DNA of 64,000 nt from contig BK006948.2 in assembly GCA_000146045.2 (NCBI GenBank), forward strand, positions 832,001-896,000, read 5' to 3'. Below are positions 32,101 through 41,200 of this stretch, piece after piece. The stretch is from TPA_inf: Saccharomyces (Eukaryota). The notes below the pieces were generated by a model. The model had not been told where the DNA came from and did not search any database. It saw nothing but the letters and a program-made list of their open reading frames with translations. How positions within the stretch are numbered: the stretch's first letter is position 1; each line of letters opens with the position of its first letter. A program made the translations under genes and the position numbers.

Positions 32101-33593
32101 ATTTTGAAGAAGTACTACGTTGTTACACTCATAACGGATATAGGGTTATTGCATGTGCTGGGAAGACACTTCCAAAAAGAACTTGGTTATATTCCCAAAA
32201 AGTATCTAGGGAAGAGGTTGAGTCAAATTTGGAATTTTTAGGTTTCATTATCTTCCAAAATAAACTAAAAAAAGAGACCTCTGAAACTCTGAAAAGTTTA
32301 CAAGATGCAAACATCAGGACGATAATGTGTACGGGTGATAACATACTTACTGCTATTTCCGTAGGTAGGGAAGCTGGTTTGATACAATGCTCTCGCGTTT
32401 ATGTTCCATCCATTAATGATACACCCTTGCACGGTGAGCCCGTAATAGTATGGAGGGACGTCAATGAGCCAGATAAAATTTTGGATACCAAGACTTTGAA
32501 ACCTGTCAAGCTGGGGAATAATAGTGTTGAAAGTCTACGTGAGTGTAACTATACTCTTGCAGTTAGCGGCGATGTATTTAGACTGTTGTTCAGAGATGAA
32601 AACGAGATACCAGAGGAATACTTAAACGAGATTTTATTGAATTCATCAATCTACGCAAGAATGTCGCCTGATGAAAAGCATGAATTGATGATACAGCTGC
32701 AGAAGCTAGATTATACAGTTGGGTTCTGTGGTGATGGTGCAAATGATTGTGGGGCACTCAAAGCGGCAGACGTAGGTATTTCCCTTTCGGAGGCTGAAGC
32801 TTCAGTTGCTGCTCCGTTCACTTCAAAGATATTTAATATTAGCTGCGTACTTGATGTCATTAGGGAAGGGCGTGCTGCGTTAGTTACATCTTTTGCATGT
32901 TTCCAGTACATGAGTTTGTACTCTGCCATCCAATTCATCACTATTACTATACTTTACAGCCGTGGTTCTAATTTGGGAGATTTCCAATTCCTGTACATTG
33001 ATTTATTGCTGATCGTTCCGATCGCAATTTGCATGTCATGGTCCAAATCCTATGAAAAGATAGATAAAAAGAGGCCTTCCGCTAACCTAGTTTCACCTAA
33101 GATTTTGGTTCCTCTTTTGATTAGCGTATTCTTGGTGTTTTTATTCCAGTTCATTCCATGGATAATCGTACAAAAGATGAGCTGGTACATCAAGCCAATC
33201 GTTGGGGGCGACGACGCCGTGCAATCTTCAGATAATACCGTATTGTTCTTCGTCTCAAATTTTCAATATATTTTGACTGCTATAGTTTTGTCTGTGGGTC
33301 CACCATATAGAGAGCCGATGTCAAAAAACTTTGAATTTATCGTTGATATCACTGTCTCTATCGGTGCAAGTCTACTGCTAATGACTTTGGATACAGAATC
33401 ATACCTTGGTAAGATGTTACAGCTGACCCCTATATCAAACAGTTTTACAATGTTTATCATTGTATGGGTGATATTAAATTACTATGCTCAACTGTATATA
33501 CCGCCATCGATAAAAGGTTGGTTAAAGAAAAAGAAGAGTAGCAAAAAGTATAAACTACTGATACAAGAAGAAATGAAATTAAAAGAAGTTTAA
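29175..33593 (+). CDS. YPK9: vacuolar P5B-type ATPase (ATP13A2/PARK9 orthologue), 1472 aa
   Basis: The P-type ATPase signatures DKTGTLT (phosphorylation site), TGDN and GDGANDCGALKAADVG are present. A long Ser/Thr-rich N-terminal extension precedes them. The length matches Ypk9. Confidence 0.9.
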   Translation: MDIPSSNQIQHGQRSERNRRMPRASFSSTATTSTAATLTSAMVLDQNNSEPYAGATFEAVPSSIVSFHHPHSFQSSNLPSPHSSGNLEQRGRRLTESEPLVLSSAEQSRSSSRNPSHFRFFTQEQISNAEGASTLENTDYDMAWDATPAYEQDRIYGTGLSSRRSSIRSFSRASSLSNAKSYGSFSKRGRSGSRAPQRLGENSDTGFVYHSATHSSSSLSRYTTRERIPIELESQTDEILEDESSTHSLESSDSRRSASENNRGSFSGHDDVHNQHSEYLKPDYHEKFYPQYAPNLHYQRFYIAEEDLVIGIAAYQTSKFWYIIYNLCCFLTFGLVYLLTRWLPHLKVKLYGVKVPLAKAEWVVIENEFGEFVIQPIDRQWYNRPLSTVLPFENYPNPSYEPNDINLSHHHANEINPNVPILITFEYRYIKFIYSPLDDLFKTNNNWIDPDWVDLSTVSNGLTKGVQEDRELAFGKNQINLRMKTTSEILFNEVLHPFYVFQVFSIILWGIDEYYYYAACIFLISVLSIFDSLNEQKKVSRNLAEMSHFHCDVRVLRDKFWTTISSSELVPGDIYEVSDPNITILPCDSILLSSDCIVNESMLTGESVPVSKFPATEETMYQLCDDFQSTQISSFVSKSFLYNGTNIIRARIAPGQTAALAMVVRTGFSTTKGSLVRSMVFPKPTGFKFYRDSFKYIGFMSLIAIFGFCVSCVQFIKLGLDKKTMILRALDIITIVVPPALPATLTIGTNFALSRLKEKGIFCISPTRLNISGKIDVMCFDKTGTLTEDGLDVLGVQISEPNGVRGQKFGELLSDIRQVFPKFSLNDCSSPLDFKSRNFFMSLLTCHSLRSVDGNLLGDPLDFKMFQFTGWSFEEDFQKRAFHSLYEGRHEDDVFPENSEIIPAVVHPDSNNRENTFTDNDPHNFLGVVRSFEFLSELRRMSVIVKTNNDDVYWSFTKGAPEVISEICNKSTLPADFEEVLRCYTHNGYRVIACAGKTLPKRTWLYSQKVSREEVESNLEFLGFIIFQNKLKKETSETLKSLQDANIRTIMCTGDNILTAISVGREAGLIQCSRVYVPSINDTPLHGEPVIVWRDVNEPDKILDTKTLKPVKLGNNSVESLRECNYTLAVSGDVFRLLFRDENEIPEEYLNEILLNSSIYARMSPDEKHELMIQLQKLDYTVGFCGDGANDCGALKAADVGISLSEAEASVAAPFTSKIFNISCVLDVIREGRAALVTSFACFQYMSLYSAIQFITITILYSRGSNLGDFQFLYIDLLLIVPIAICMSWSKSYEKIDKKRPSANLVSPKILVPLLISVFLVFLFQFIPWIIVQKMSWYIKPIVGGDDAVQSSDNTVLFFVSNFQYILTAIVLSVGPPYREPMSKNFEFIVDITVSIGASLLLMTLDTESYLGKMLQLTPISNSFTMFIIVWVILNYYAQLYIPPSIKGWLKKKKSSKKYKLLIQEEMKLKEV

Positions 33594-33652
33594 AGCAAAG
33601 ATTTTTATCTATGTATGTGTACAAGTACCATGTTCTATAATTAAAATTATTA

Positions 33653-34582
33653 CTATTTAGACGCATTTCTCATCGAAAGGAAGCAATTCCATACCACTCC
33701 AACTGAAGAGCTAAAAGGTGCTTGGAAATCTCTAGGCATTATAAGGAAATTAATGAATTGTACCATTGGCCACACCAGATAGTTACAACCAAGCGTAGAT
33801 ATATATAGCCTTTGGATTTTCTTGCCAAGGGTGTCCTTATCTCCACCTTCCATCACATAGTTTGAGAACATAAAGAAACAATAGAGAGAGATTGGCGAAT
33901 AAAGGAGCTGATCCGAAAGAACCCTTTCAAAAACCTGTACCACTGTCGGATCTTCAGTGTAAAAGAAATTCAAGAACTTGTACCAAGGAGCCTGGAAAAA
34001 TGATATAAAAAATCCCCAGAACATAAAACACCCCCACCTGAAGAAGTCAAATGTGTCCGTTTTGAAAGTAGCTAATGGCCTATCAAGTTCAGGATAGTCG
34101 TCGTTATCCGTGTAGGAGCTATGTTCCGAGGTAAAATCATTGAAGATAGATAGCTCATCACTTTCATAACCTCCTCCATTTTCTACATCACGGTTGTTCT
34201 GAACATGATGAAAGGTATCGTTAAGTATTTGCGGTATAGGGTCCACGTGATATGAATAAAAGCAGGCTATACTTTGTGCTAGTATGTCAGATATCCCAAA
34301 TAAAAGAATGTTCGTGCATAAAGTTGCAAAAACAGCAGAATTAGCATACAGCTGTCTATAATGACTGGTAAATTTCCATAGGCTAGTAACCCATATGACT
34401 AACAGCAACCAGTGCGTAAGTGTTATACGTTGTATTCGCTTGTTCATTAACGTTCTTAATGCTGCTGCTGCCCTTCTTGTCCAAGATCCGAGAACACTTT
34501 GGTGATTCTGGTCATCGTTACTCATGTTGCCGTTATCATAATGTACAACGATCTGATCCCTGCCAAAAAGTTGAAGAGGCAT
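33653..34582 (-). CDS. Mpv17/PMP22-family vacuolar membrane protein (YOR292C-like), 309 aa
   Basis: It has four predicted TM segments in the C-terminal half and a hydrophilic N-terminus. Recognised as YOR292C. Confidence 0.7.
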   Translation of the reverse strand: MPLQLFGRDQIVVHYDNGNMSNDDQNHQSVLGSWTRRAAAALRTLMNKRIQRITLTHWLLLVIWVTSLWKFTSHYRQLYANSAVFATLCTNILLFGISDILAQSIACFYSYHVDPIPQILNDTFHHVQNNRDVENGGGYESDELSIFNDFTSEHSSYTDNDDYPELDRPLATFKTDTFDFFRWGCFMFWGFFISFFQAPWYKFLNFFYTEDPTVVQVFERVLSDQLLYSPISLYCFFMFSNYVMEGGDKDTLGKKIQRLYISTLGCNYLVWPMVQFINFLIMPRDFQAPFSSSVGVVWNCFLSMRNASK

Positions 34583-34750
34583 CTACAGAATTGAAAAAAC
34601 TTTCGAAATATATACTCTGAGTTCTTGCTCCCCGTTTTGTACGATGTTCCTAATGCAAACACACGTCCTTTAAAGATCCCCTGATAGGTTTCATTAAAGG
34701 CAACTTCCATACACGTTGAAGTGCCAATTTTTTCCCTACATCCAAGCATT

Positions 34751-34768
34751 CTGGGTTTGTATGGGTGT
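34751..34768 (-). promoter_or_regulatory. Rap1-binding site (ACACCCATACAAACC) in the RPS10A promoter, about 330 bp upstream of the ATG
   Basis: The plus strand reads ctgggtttgtatgggtgt, whose reverse complement is ACACCCATACAAACCCAG. This is the canonical ribosomal-protein-gene Rap1 motif. Confidence 0.65.
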
Positions 34769-35097
34769 TACACCGGTTTTTCTTTTTTATTTCCAGAGAA
34801 GTACAATTTTAGGCGGGTTTCAAATTTCCCCTGTGTGCGAGAAACGCTCCGGTACGCCTAGGCTCACTCCGGTCCTTCTCCCCATTTCTATCAGCGCGAT
34901 AGGCATACTGTGGGAGAGCGGCACTAGGGAGACCGGTGGGAAGCACCGTATCTAGTAACGCACGCTCTTTTGCAAAAATATCCATTAATTGCATGTAACT
35001 TAGATTAACACTGGTATTAAGATTTCGCAATTTTGGGCTGGATTATTAAGGTCGAGTAGCAAAGTTTAGCAAGAACAGTACGAACTAAGTAGCCAAG

Positions 35098-35852
35098 ATG
35101 TTGATGCCAAAGGAAGACAGAAACAAGATCCACCAATACTTATTCCAAGGTATGTTTTAGAATAACTTTCAGAAAGCATGAAGATACACGGAAAGTCAAG
35201 CGAGGGAAGTTATGCGTATACACAGTAGCGGTAGTGTGCATTCACATACACGATGTTTCAAACACACAGATGGATACCATGCATATGAGGTTAAAGGATT
35301 TCTTATGAATATATTAGTGGATTACATAGAAGAAATTACAAGGAACCGTGTGACGACATTTTCGAAAGGACAGCACAAGGCCATCGACCCTGGAGACGTA
35401 TGAAATATGGTATACGTCCTATATTTGGGCAAGAAAACGGTAAAACTGTTTTACGCGGAGATCCAACTTTTGATCCTTACCGAGTACCACGAATCATCTA
35501 TATGATCTTTTTACTAACTTATCTTCAATTTCAACGGAGAGATGTAAACATCATTCTCTCCTATGATAATTTCTTTTTTTATACAGAAGGTGTTGTTGTC
35601 GCCAAGAAGGATTTCAACCAAGCCAAGCACGAAGAAATTGACACCAAGAACTTGTATGTCATTAAGGCTTTACAATCCTTGACTTCTAAGGGTTACGTCA
35701 AGACTCAATTCTCATGGCAATACTACTACTACACCTTGACTGAAGAAGGTGTTGAATACTTGAGAGAATACTTGAACTTGCCAGAACACATTGTTCCAGG
35801 TACCTACATTCAAGAAAGAAACCCAACTCAAAGACCACAAAGAAGATATTAA
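35098..35852 (+). CDS. RPS10A: ribosomal protein S10 (eS10), 105 aa. Exon 1 is 35098-35149, the intron is 35150-35586, exon 2 is 35587-35852
   Basis: Exon 1 reads ATG TTG ATG CCA AAG GAA GAC AGA AAC AAG ATC CAC CAA TAC TTA TTC CAA G. The intron starts with GTATGT and ends with atacAG. The spliced product is MLMPKEDRNKIHQYLFQ-EGVVVAKKDFNQ...RPQRRY, which is conserved with human RPS10. Confidence 0.85.
35150..35586 (+). other. spliceosomal intron of RPS10A (437 nt). 5' splice site GTATGT, branchpoint TACTAAC at 35512-35518, 3' splice site AG at 35585-35586
   Basis: The consensus signals were read directly. The reading frame is restored across the junction only with the distal AG. Confidence 0.8.
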
Positions 35853-36203
35853 GGAATTCGTAGCTCCAATTGAATTTTCTCTTTTGTAACATTCTTCTGG
35901 TTCTATATATCTAGGTTTATATTTTGATGTGTTGTACTTTCAATTACATTGAACTTATGTATATTTTTTAATTAATAAAGTGAAATCAAAAGCAAAGTCA
36001 AGGTTGCCGAGTAAACGGTTTGTATGGTATTTCTGTCGTATATAGCAGATAATCACCATATATATATATATACCATGGTGATAGTCTGTAGCTTTTACAA
36101 TGCAAATGGCGGCGCACGACTATAATATTCAGAAATAGTAATTTCATCATCTTTTGCTTCTCTTGCCGAAATAGATACTTTTTTCGCGATCACCCTACGC
36201 ATA

Positions 36204-36229
36204 AAAATTTTTCCAAGTGATGAGATGAG
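36204..36229 (+). promoter_or_regulatory. RRPE (AAAAATTTTT) plus PAC-like (TGATGAGATGAG) ribosome-biogenesis promoter motifs upstream of RRS1
   Basis: The sequence ataaaaatttttccaagtgatgagatgagc lies about 110-135 bp upstream of the RRS1 ATG. Confidence 0.6.
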
Positions 36230-36339
36230 CCTTTAACAAAAAAAGTGCAGTTTGATTTCAGAAGGGTCGTTTCTTAGTGTACTTTATATCATCGACTAAG
36301 CCGTATATCCAGACAGCATATACCTATATACTATTCTAG

Positions 36340-36951
36340 ATGTCAGCAGAAGATTACAAGAACTTACCAGTCACCGTTGAAAAGCCTATCCCAGTGGTAT
36401 ACGATTTGGGTAACCTGGCAGCATTCGATAGTAATGTCTTGGATAAAAACGATTTAGATTCTTCGAATGCTAGGCGTGAAGAAAAGATAAAGAGTCTTAC
36501 TCGTGATAATGTTCAGTTACTAATCAATCAACTATTATCACTACCTATGAAAACAACAACGGAGTCTGTAGGTGGCACCGGCGGTCAAAGTTCCGTGATG
36601 ACCTTGTTGCAGCTTCCTGACCCTACCACTGACTTACCAAGAGAAAAGCCACTGCCAAAGGCTAAGGCTATGACCAAATGGGAGAAGTTTGCAGCTAAGA
36701 AGGGTATTAAACCAAAGGAAAGGGCAGGAAAGATGATTTATGATGAGGCATCCGGTGAATGGGTTCCAAAGTGGGGCTACAAGGGCGCAAATAAGAAGTT
36801 AGATGATCAATGGTTGGTGGAAGTTGATGATAAAGTAAAAGGCACTGACAATGAATTGATCGATCCAAGAACTTTGAATAGGGCAGAAAGAAAACGTTTA
36901 GTCAAGAAGAACGAAAAACAACAAAGGAGAAATATGAAGAATGCCTTATGA
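36340..36951 (+). CDS. RRS1: ribosome biogenesis regulatory protein (60S assembly, 5S RNP recruitment), 203 aa
   Basis: The N-terminus MSAEDYKNLPVTVEKPIPVVYDLGNL is recognised as Rrs1. The basic C-terminus is present. Confidence 0.85.
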   Translation: MSAEDYKNLPVTVEKPIPVVYDLGNLAAFDSNVLDKNDLDSSNARREEKIKSLTRDNVQLLINQLLSLPMKTTTESVGGTGGQSSVMTLLQLPDPTTDLPREKPLPKAKAMTKWEKFAAKKGIKPKERAGKMIYDEASGEWVPKWGYKGANKKLDDQWLVEVDDKVKGTDNELIDPRTLNRAERKRLVKKNEKQQRRNMKNAL

Positions 36952-37207
36952 TAGTGAAAGACGTTGTTGCTTCCTACTTGCGTCCCCAATCGATCCGCTA
37001 ACCTTTTTTTTAACTACAGCATAACCTCACATCTACGTATCCTTACATCTATAATATTTTTAAATAATTGTAAATTAGAAAAACATCAAAATTCCGTTCT
37101 ATATTTTGATACATTTTTTTGCAGTAGTCCAAGATGAGATCAGAATAAGATAGGTGAAAATTTTAACAAGTACTAAAGCGTTCGTTGACAGCTTTCTTTG
37201 CGTTGCC

Positions 37208-37894
37208 ATGGCTGAATTAAACGATTATAGTACGATGATCGATATTCTTCTCTCTGATATGGATTTGGAAACGGTCACAACTAAAAAGGTTAGGATGGCT
37301 TTGAAAGAAGTATATGCAATCGACGTTGAATCACAGGGAAAAGCAATTAACAAATTGATTAGGAAACATCTAGATCTTGTAAAAGAAAGGCCGCGCTTCG
37401 AAAGATCTCTTGAGGATCTGCTAAAGGAAAATGCTACTTTGGCGATTGAGCTCACCAAGGAAATTACCGTAAGCAAACGATCATCTGGAGAGGAAAAGAA
37501 CGATAGCGAAACCAAAGGTACTCATGTTGAGAAGAAAAAAGGGACTGTTAGTAAGTCACCTATTTCAACACGAAAAGTTACACTATCTAAATCATTAGCG
37601 AGTTTGCTAGGAGAGCATGAATTGACGAGGACCGAAGTAGTACGACGACTCTGGGCATATATTAAAGCGCATAATCTGCAGAATCCTAACAACAAGAAAG
37701 AAATACTGTGCGACGAAAAATTAGAATTAATACTTGGCAAGAGTACCAATATGTTTGAGATGCACAAAATTTTGGCAAGTCATATGACAGAGCCTAAAAA
37801 AATAAGCGACTGTCCTCCTCTTATCCAAGAAGTCCGTAGAAAGGAAAAGCCCATCGTTTCAGATTCCGAGCAATCAGATACAAAGGGCATTTGA
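37208..37894 (+). CDS. UAF30: SWIB/MDM2-domain subunit of the Pol I upstream activating factor, 228 aa
   Basis: The in-frame ATG at 37208 gives MAELNDYSTMIDILLSD. A DEK-C-like N-terminus and a SWIB domain (LLGEHELTRTEVVRRLWAYIKAHNLQNP) are present. Confidence 0.75.
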   Translation: MAELNDYSTMIDILLSDMDLETVTTKKVRMALKEVYAIDVESQGKAINKLIRKHLDLVKERPRFERSLEDLLKENATLAIELTKEITVSKRSSGEEKNDSETKGTHVEKKKGTVSKSPISTRKVTLSKSLASLLGEHELTRTEVVRRLWAYIKAHNLQNPNNKKEILCDEKLELILGKSTNMFEMHKILASHMTEPKKISDCPPLIQEVRRKEKPIVSDSEQSDTKGI

Positions 37895-38201
37895 ATCAAG
37901 GATATCATGAAAATTTCAAGGCGTTGAAATTTGTGTTGTTAAGGCAACACTATAGGAATGAAAAATGGCCTCTCTATTATAAAGTCCTTTTGCCTTATTT
38001 TTTCGGTAGCTGCCTACAATTTGTAACGTTAACATTCCCGGGTGAAAAGATACATGAGTATGTAGAGATTTGTATATATATACCTACGTAGAAAATAGAA
38101 AGGCGAATAGCTCTGCTCCTAGTTGAATATTAGTAGCGTTCTCACATCATTAAGAGGATAAGCCGGCATTTTATAGGGCTTTTGCAGCTAGTGTGAAACT
38201 T

Positions 38202-41200
38202 ATGAATCGAACAGTCTCCACATTATCATCTACTGTATCTGATGTATCCGTGGAAATACCGTCAATATGCAACGTCATTAATACCGAATTACCAACATCA
38301 GATGTCTATCTTTACACTTTAAAACTAATTTTGTTGGATTATATCAACGAACCGCGATTTAAAGAAGCAGCTTTGCTATCGAATAGGACAGGAACGTCAA
38401 GGGTTTTATCTGACAAAACGAATCATCAGCAAACGCAACATGGGAAGAAACTAGTGGTTGACAAACAAGACGATATGTCGGAACGCGATATAGTACAGGC
38501 AACTTTACGTATATTAAAAGGGAAGTTGGCACAAATTTCAGGAAATAAAAACTTGGCGCCGAATGAGATGCATTGGAAAAGTATTGTTAAGATGTATTAT
38601 AGCATGCTCGATTCTTCTAGTGCAGATACATTTTCCAAGATGGGTCAAATGGAGGAGGTGGTCGGTTATTTCACAAATATTGCCAGTAATGAACTAAAGA
38701 AAATGACTATTAAAAATTCTCGTGACGAGCTGTTCAGTGAAGTTGCTTATTTTATAGACCTAGTAATTGATGTACTTCCAGATAGTTGTGCAAATATCAT
38801 AAAGAGACTGCTTGATTATAAGATTAATCTTAAAAAAGGCGAGACAACAGTAAAGAAGAAAAGAGCCGCCTCACCTGCCACAGTCCCTCAATATAGAAGC
38901 ATTTCCGGGAGCACGATTAGCAATAAGCAACCCTCTTTCAAAGTCCAAGATATTTCACATATGAAGTATTTTATGCAGTTATTCGAAACAGATGAAACAA
39001 AGCTTCACCAAGACGTAATGGCTGTTAAGGACGATTGTACAAATCCCATATTTTGCGGTGAACTAAGATATCTTAGGAAAAAAATCAAGAAAGACAACGG
39101 TACTTTGACGGCTTCTGATTTTTCAAGTGACAGAGAATACAATTTATGGAAGAATTATGAACTTCTTGAAATTGCAAATTTAATGGATCGATTTGAGATA
39201 GGCGAAAAGGTTACCTCTCACGGAAACCGTCTTATACCCAAGGATGCAAAAAGCGTATTTGTCCGTCTCATAGGCCTTGTTTTAAAAAAAGAGTGTTCTA
39301 ATGCTGTAAATGCCATAAATCTTTCTCAAGAAGCTCTATTCTTCTTTCATAAATCAGCGAGGTATTGGAGAATAGAATATCCTTCCACCATCTCCTCGTT
39401 GGTTTATTCAGCAGCAAATTTAAGTGTTCTAGGAGATGAAGAGCTAAATATCCCAATAACTGAAAACTTGTTTTCTGTCATCCGCAATAAATATTTATGT
39501 TCAGAGGATAATCTGGATCCATCCGCTTGGAATGCTCAGGATCGCTATTTATGGGCTGCAAACCTTTTTCATACGACTGATCAGTCTATGAGGACAATAA
39601 ATAACCTTTTAACTGCGATATTTTCAGGTACAAAGCCAAAATTTTCTCCAGTTTTGTCATTTTATTATTCAAACATTGTTGGGGATCCAGTAATGGAATT
39701 CTATGAAACGCAGTCCGTAGCTGTAAAGAAATACTGGATCAAATTATTTAAGAAGACTCTTTTTAAAGCATCAGAGGATTATTTTGTCTCCCTTCTGCAG
39801 GATATGCTAAAGGCTAACGCAATAGAAATTCAAAACGTTCAGAATCTCGTAGAAACAATTATAGAAGCCATAAAAGCGATTCAAAAACGTTACAATAAAC
39901 CTTTATTGGACGAAATATCTCTGCCTAGACAATGCGCAGTATTTCTATGTGAAGTATACGGTTCGGATTCTTTAAATCTAATAAAAACCGCTGAAAAGAG
40001 TACCATGAAAATGACTGGACAAAAGTTGGGTCCAATAGATGCGCTAGATATGTATGATGTACTGAAAGAACTGAGACAGATTTACCTGCAGGTAAAGCCA
40101 AAAGGGAAATTTTTCTTTAACCTTGAAAATTATTTCATCAAATATTTGACTCGATTATGTGATGATGTGAGCCGTAATGTTCAAAAAGTTATTAAATCTT
40201 CACTAGAAAGCGAGAATTGGCAACCCGTAAATGACCAGGACCATTTCAGTAGATCAGTTTTGGACATATTCAAAATGATAAATGAATCAACTAGCATGTT
40301 GGAGAAATTTGGTTGGCAAAATGAATTTCAACTGGCACAAATGATCACGGTAATATTAAAGGCGTTTTCAGATGGTATGCTTTCATACTCAGCTCAACTA
40401 ATGGAATTGATCCAGAGAGATTTACAGGAGGGTGATGAACCATCCTACTCTTTAGAAAGCTCAGACACTCGATCTTCACTTAGCCTGAATAACGCTAACG
40501 TAAATCATGAAAAATCAAGAAGTAGTAGGCTGTTTGAAGATTTGAAAAATGTAGTTAAATCAACTCCGAAGATGGTAGCTCCTGCTCCATATCAGTTCAA
40601 GAAGCGTACGTGCGTACTGCTAAATGATCTTGATAAAACACTTTTTCTGTTAGAGAGCTTCGAAGAAAAAGCAGATCCATCAAAAATATCCTCTGTTATT
40701 GCACAGTACCACTCCTCCCATAATTTAGAGGATAATGGGAAGTCATTCGATGACCAGAATATGAAGCAAGTTTATACCCTTCGAATTATCGGTGCTGAAA
40801 ATATTAAAGGCTTCAGCAAAACGGGGCTTTCAAACACCTACGTTTCCATGAGAAACATCACTTTACAACGGGAAATAGGTACTACTAAGATTGTTGCAAG
40901 ATCGATTACTCCCAAATGGGACGAAGAGTTTGTGTTTGAGTCTCCATTCGGAAAGTCGAACGATATTATGTTTACTATATGGCACCACCCACACAGCAGA
41001 TTAAAGAATTTAGCGGAAGATGATCTATGTGGAAAAGCCAATATGAAATTCACTCCGAGAAAGCTCAAGGATGATGGGTTTCCTATCGATTTTTCGCTCA
41101 CATTGAATCCGCAGGGAACTTTATATTGCCAAATATCCCTGGAAAGTGAGAAAATAGATGCCGTTTCTTCTATGGGAAGAATATATAGATCTTTTAGCAG

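Noticed and set aside
35853-36339. Possible very small ORFs (under 60 aa) between RPS10A and RRS1 and elsewhere
   Set aside because: They are below the ORF-track threshold and I cannot verify any conserved small protein from sequence alone. I did not list them as features.
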